DNA of 61,775 nt, counting the filler, from Choristocarpus tenellus KU-1152 (lineage: Eukaryota > Protista > Phaeophyceae), in the NCBI GenBank assembly GCA_964200185.2. It is 11 parts of 11 records of this genome, joined end to end, with 100 filler letters (N's around TTAATTAATTAA, not from the genome) between each part and the next. Parts side by side here need not be neighbours in the genome. Positions count along the whole stretch, not along the records: positions 55,249 to 59,093 come from CAXNAD020017603.1; positions 59,194 to 61,775 come from CAXNAD020026569.1; 9 more parts are not named here. One strand, given 5' to 3'. Both the position numbers and the translations under genes were made by a program. The notes under the pieces were generated by a model. The model was not told where the DNA came from. It worked only from the letters and a program-made list of their open reading frames with translations, and ran no database searches. Positions 56,170-61,775 of the stretch are shown piece by piece; the first letter of the stretch is position 1; each line of letters opens with the position of its first letter.

Positions 56170-57554
56170 ATTTGCGACATATTTTATTTCCTTAGGGCAT
56201 ACACTGACATGCTAGTAGTTTTCATTGGTTTCCTCCCTGACACATCTGCACAATGTTAGAGGGGAAAATAATATAATATATGGAAGAAATAAACTTCTAT
56301 ATGGGTTGTCATACCAATACAAAAAGGTGGGTTAAGAGTTCTGAAAAACATGTATTGTTTGCATTTTTTTTTAGTATGTACAAATATATGTTCAAGTTGC
56401 GTTGGTGAGAGGTACTACAGCTTAGAGTCATTGCAGAGAGTGTGGGAATGACATGGCCAAATCCAACACAAGCTAAAAGAGAGAAAACAACCCAAACACC
56501 ATGAAAATAGAGGACACCAGCCAAAAGAGTTTGCAAAAAGATTTGACATGGGGGTACGTTTGTCTCCACCATCCCTACCATTTCCTGCTATCTACACCTT
56601 CCACACTCGAGCACCGAAGTCATCCACATCAGACCACAGCACCACAAGTGTAATCATCAACTACGTCCCAAGAGAGACGATTGCACTTGGCGGCAGCTGG
56701 ATTTGAAGCCCTAGAATTATATGTTGTGCCTCTTGACTAAATATTTATTAGTTATTTTGAGACCATTTATTGGTCATCTCAAGTTTGATCAGTTCTTTCT
56801 ATATCTCAACCAAACCATAGAGCAAATAATCAAAGTGAGAGATACAGTATATTTGGTGATATTTCCATTATGGCGCCATCTGCAAGCCTCATCTTCACCC
56901 TACAGGCTTGTGGATTGGAGCTACATATCCCATCTTGGTAAGCTACAGAAAGTTTTGTAATACTTACTCATCTCTCTAAAAACCTCCTCTTTCTCATAAA
57001 ATTTTGAGGAGATCACCAAGCTCCTCCACCATATCCTCATCCATTGGTTGCATACCAAAGTATACCTCCAGCTATTATTGCGGTTGATCCTCATAGGTGA
57101 TCTCCAACCGTACCCTATCGTGGGCACTTCCTCCACTTCCATCTCTATATGAGAAGACCTCGATACCTTACTTCTGTGTATGTGATGCCTTGGTCGCCTT
57201 CTTGAGCGCAGTTTAGTCGTGCTGAACTGCTGGTTGCTCTCATCATCAGAGGGGGAGGTCTCTCCTCCCTCGAAGGGTTTGCATTTCTCTGCAAGGCATT
57301 TAGCCCTCAGCTTGAAACGACTGCCACGACCTATGAAAGAATTTCCAACTCGGTAACCTTCCTTTGGTGTTGGGGAAAAATTGCTAAGTCAATATCTCCA
57401 TTTCACCATCGACTTCCTTGTTATCCTCTTTGTTGTCTTCCTCTATATCATTCTCTTCTTTGAAATCATCGTATTTGCCTGTGCAGTAAAGTGCATTGTC
57501 CGCCATGCTTGCACAACCCTCATCTGCCAAGATCACAACAAGCAGGAGTATAAC

Positions 57555-57724
57555 CCAGAGGTATTGGTTATGGCAGCTGTCCATATGGGGCCCATTTTTC
57601 CATGTCGCAAATTTTGGATGACTTTGGCTGCATGCGACAGATGGGTAATGTAAGTACACTTATCCTGGCCAGGGCCCGAATGGACACCCTGGTGTAGCCC
57701 CACCCCCCCCAGATACTGTGAGTC
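57555..57724 (-). mobile_element. MITE family A, reverse copy
   Basis: gaatggacaccctggtgtagcccc...cccagatactgtgagtc is the reverse complement of the family left end. Confidence 0.8.
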
Positions 57725-58569
57725 CCTACCCGCTATAAATTTTCGTCAGTTGCACCCACAAAAAAGAGCTTCGAAGGTAATCCTCCGTTCCATCCGCATG
57801 TTCTTAGGCACTAAAGTTCTTTTGTAACAGAAAAAACGTCAATAGTTTGAAGAAGGGAAGAAAGATCTACCAAGTTGATCCAATTGTTTTTATAAGATAT
57901 GATCACACCATTTGATGCAATATTTGATATGTCATACATCATATCATATCCATATAATTTTTTTGCCAGTATCAAACCACTCCAAAAAAAATGAGACTCG
58001 TCAGAACTACCTTTATTTTCGAAAGTGGATTATTCATGTTAGTAAACTCCAGTTGCTCTAAGTATACATGGACTGGTGAGAATGATTTGCCCTCTTCCTC
58101 ACCAAAGGTGCTCCCACCTTTTGAGAACAGTGACCACACCGTTGTTCCCTCTTGGGGAACAGTAACCTCGTGAAGCCCTTCTTCGATAACTTTTTGTTGG
58201 AGTTCCAATTTGTAAGGTCGTCAAATCACCTACTACAGTATAAATCATAATATCAATAGTAGTAGGAACTTACAAGGACTAGAGTACTTCAGTCATATAG
58301 TAAGGGTTACACAGTACCATTATAGCCAATCAATGTTGTTCATGATGTTGTACTACATACCGAAAGACCGACAGGTTTTTGTTTATTGGTTGATTATCAT
58401 ACATCAACATTAGTTCGATGTATTTATCCAATAATGAAGCGAAACATTATTTGGTGATATTTCTATACTTACTGATCATAGAGAGGCAAACCAATTGAGA
58501 GGTAGGCAATTTTCGACCCTTTTGCATTCTAAGCCACTTTTCTACCCTGTGCAATACACTCTATTTCAA

Positions 58570-58750
58570 TTGCTTGATGTGCACAAAAGTGTTCACAAAA
58601 ATTATATTCTTCCTTTCCACATACAAAGGCACATTGCAATTCAGCAAAGAAAGGCTCTTTCTGCTTTTTTTGTACAAAATTTAATATTTTCGCCCTTTCT
58701 AGGAATTCTAAAAATGCAACCCCACCTACCTCTCAGTTCCTTTGACTCAC
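58570..58750 (-). pseudogene. Possible piggyBac-type C-terminal Cys-rich domain remnant
   Basis: RGRWGC... and NCNVPLYVERK..F resemble the CxxCNVPLC..CF tail; heavily decayed. Confidence 0.25.
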
Positions 58751-59291
58751 AACAACACACAACTTATTATGGTAGGAGAAGTGGTAACACCGAAATATCA
58801 AAAGGTGTACATATAGTTTGTATATGTTCGTTTTGGAATGTCAGTGAGGGACGAGTGAAAGTGGGGTTCACAACTACTACTGTGGAGAGGTGTTTATCTC
58901 CAACGAGGTATGTTATCGCTGACGCAATGGCACCATAACCAGGGCAATAGAAACTACCCTTTTCTCTTTAATGTGCATTGCAATTTTTTTTTTTTATTCA
59001 ATAGAGATTTTTTGGTAAATGACCAGGGGAGAACATGATTTGTTTTGACCCAAAGTATCTGGGGGGGAGGGGGGGGTCTACACCAGCGTGTCCNNNNNNN
59101 NNNNNNNNNNNNNNNNNNNNNNNNNNNNNNNNNNNNNTTAATTAATTAANNNNNNNNNNNNNNNNNNNNNNNNNNNNNNNNNNNNNNNNNNNNCCCCCCC
59201 AGCAAAAAAGCGCTCATCCCTGGCTGCATGAGTTATAATGCATTAAATACTCAACAATTCATGTTCCTCACCACAGCCTCACCACACTCAC

Positions 59292-60676
59292 TTTCTTAGG
59301 TTTCTTGAACTTGGCCATCTCCTCCGAAGTGAAGTACTCCGACGCTGTCTTGGTCTCCACCTTCAAGCTCTCTGCAACTCTACGCTGCGACTTACCTCCT
59401 CCCCCCTCCTCCTCGCCACCCTCTCCAGCCCCAGCCACGGCAAGACCACCCTGTCCCAGGGTCATCTTGGCACCGGTCTTCTTGACTTCGTCGTAGTGAG
59501 AGAGCACCTGGAAAAAATAAAAATGTAACCGACGAGGACGGGCGGCCAAGGAGAGGGTGAGGGAGACACATACACACACTTGTTAGAGGCCAGCTTGAAA
59601 CAGGGGAAGAGAGAGAGAGAGAGAGACTCGAGAGGAGTACGTGTCAACATTAGTAATAAACAATAGTGATAAATGTTAGTTCTAAACAACAATAGTTACA
59701 AACAACATTAGTTCTAAACAACAATAGTTCTAAACATTAGTCATAAACAACAATAGTTATAAACATTAGTTATAAACAACATCTTCACAGGAGAGAGAAA
59801 TAGAGCATATATCACAAAGACCAATTTTCACACGAAAACACCTCAACTTAACATTGACGGAATAGGATGCACATCTACTCTCTCTCTCTCTCTCTATCCT
59901 CTATTGTAATCAAAGTCTCATTTTTTTATGTTCCTTTCATCTTTCAAGTTTTTATTGTTATTTCTCTCCGTGTAGTTATTACTATCAACCTTGGAATAAC
60001 CGCAGAGTGAAAAAAACAGGGCTCCAGGGCTCCATGTATAGCTACAACATACTAGTGTGAACTGCCTTCAGTTGACTAGGTGGAGAGACTACCGTTTGTC
60101 TGCACCTAGACTGCTCTAGAGCCCCAGACACAACCCCCAGTAGCAACGATGACTACAAAAACAAACCAGATAGATATTCGATCCTGTTCCCTCAAATAAA
60201 TGTATACCACCATCCTCACATACCCACCCTCCACTCCCCTTCCCACCAGTCCCATCCCTCCCATCCTCTGCTGCAAGCACAACTTTTAACAAATACCACC
60301 TGCCTGCACCCACACCCATACATACACACAAGCACAAGCACAAATCTTCTATTCCTACCCCTAATTTACTTCATTATTATTATTATTTTATTATTGTTGT
60401 CGTGTTAGCGCGAGGGATCCCCAGACCCATGGTCAAAAACGTAGTCCTAAGGCAATGCACTTCTCTAGAAAGACACCAAGCCCAACGAAACAAAAAAAAC
60501 ATAACAGCAAAAAAATAAAAAAAATAAGAAAAACAATAAAATAAAAAATAAAAAATAAACTTGAGCACCTTCCGCTGTGCCCCTGGACCCACTTCGCCCT
60601 CGAACTCATCATCATCATAGGCTTGGTATGGACCTCGTTTCGCACGCAGCGACTCGCGCTCCACCTCCGCACGACG
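59292..60676 (-). CDS. SART1: U4/U6.U5 tri-snRNP-associated protein 1 (SART1/Snu66), internal exons 60676-60569 and 59507-59292
   Basis: YQAYDDDEFEG...RK|VLSHYDE... and ASEYFTSEEMAKFKKPKK are SART-1 family motifs; both exons are in phase 0. Confidence 0.85.
59655..59781. repeat. Degenerate minisatellite (AAACAACAATAGTT/AAACATTAGTT)
   Basis: Directly visible tandem units in the SART1 intron. Confidence 0.75.
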
Positions 60677-61775
60677 CTGGAACAAAAATAAGAAATAAAA
60701 AATAAAAACAGAAATAGGTACAGTGACCATGGTGAAGGGCGCATCAGGTGAGAGCTAGTGAGTTAGTGGGTTGGTGGGTTGGTGGGTTGGTGTTGGGCTG
60801 TGCAACAAACCCCATCGAAAACAAACCTCTCATGCAGGCGTTGGAGGTTGACCAAAGAACGCCTATATTCTCGTACAATTTTTTTTTTTTAAAGGTGCTA
60901 CCACACAAAACCCAAACTCTGTGAAGCACCAACAACTCAACTCATATGATAACGTGAACCTACTTTTTGGAGCAGTAAGACATGGCGTTTATTACGGCAA
61001 CCAAAAAAATAAAATAATAATAATAATAAAAATTCTACATGGTGCTTGTAAAAAATGTTTTAGGAACAACAACAACAACTAACTTCAGCGGCAGACTGGC
61101 AGCAAAGAAGATCCCCTCATAGAGGCTCCATCGCAGACATTTGATGCTCATGGAAGGCGTGCACAGAAAGGCAATTGATCCTGACTTCTCTACAGTATGA
61201 TAATAGTGCACCTCAATCCTCCTCTATTTACCAGAAGGGTAGAGCGTATATTACCTGGCCTACAATGCCTTCTTGTGCCTTTGAAGTCTCCAACTGTACC
61301 ATTGCATTATAACTCTTAAATTAAACATTCTCACAAAGTACCCGGCGCTACCAACAGCAAGCATCAAGTAATACTTGCTGCTGCTCCTTCGGAAACCATG
61401 ACTCTTTCTTCGCAGAGGTCAGCAAACGGAGTAAAAATAAAATAAAATAAAAAACATGAAAGAAAAGACAAAAAAAAACGACGGCTCAGTTCTTCCTACA
61501 CTTCCTACACAGCAATCACAGTACAGAACCGTATCATGTGTGAGGTAATGGGACACAATCGTTCAAAAACTCATCAACAGCTGTTTGTTCAAAAGAAGAC
61601 AAGCGGCACCTATCACACACACACTAAGAGAGATGAGATGAGTTCCAAAAATAATCCCATGTATCTTCAGAAAATTGTGAAAGCATTCACTACGCACAAC
61701 TATAGTCACTTATCATCTGCCCCCCCCCCCATAAAACAAAAAAAACTCTGCCCACTCTCCCCCTCCCCCAGCATT

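Overview
Eukaryotic nuclear DNA that is intron-rich and repeat-rich. It is most consistent with a photosynthetic, flagellated stramenopile (brown-alga-like); this is inferred from a bipartite plastid-type leader, a stramenopile-style bHLH, ciliary BART and CDKL genes, and TTAGGG motifs. The window is not one locus: 11 short contigs are joined by artificial N44-TTAATTAATTAA-N44 spacers. Host genes read exon by exon are a CLC chloride channel (5' part), a LON-substrate-binding-domain protein, a CDKL-like kinase (partial), a complete BART/CFAP36-like gene, a bromodomain protein (partial), a bHLH factor (partial) and SART1 (partial). Mobile DNA includes two Copia families (one nested in an inverted copy of its own family), a Penelope-like RT, a CRE-like LINE tail, two abundant MITE families with shared TIRs and 4-bp TSDs (Sola2-like), a 74-bp tandem array, and a decayed multi-exon gene with a ParB-like GQHR motif. 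The most striking item is a 673-bp very AT-rich insert (42003-42675). It interrupts a Copia RT at a duplicated TA and appears to be a degenerate bacterial rpsF-rpsR-rplI operon fragment. All protein identities come from manual motif recognition, not database searches.
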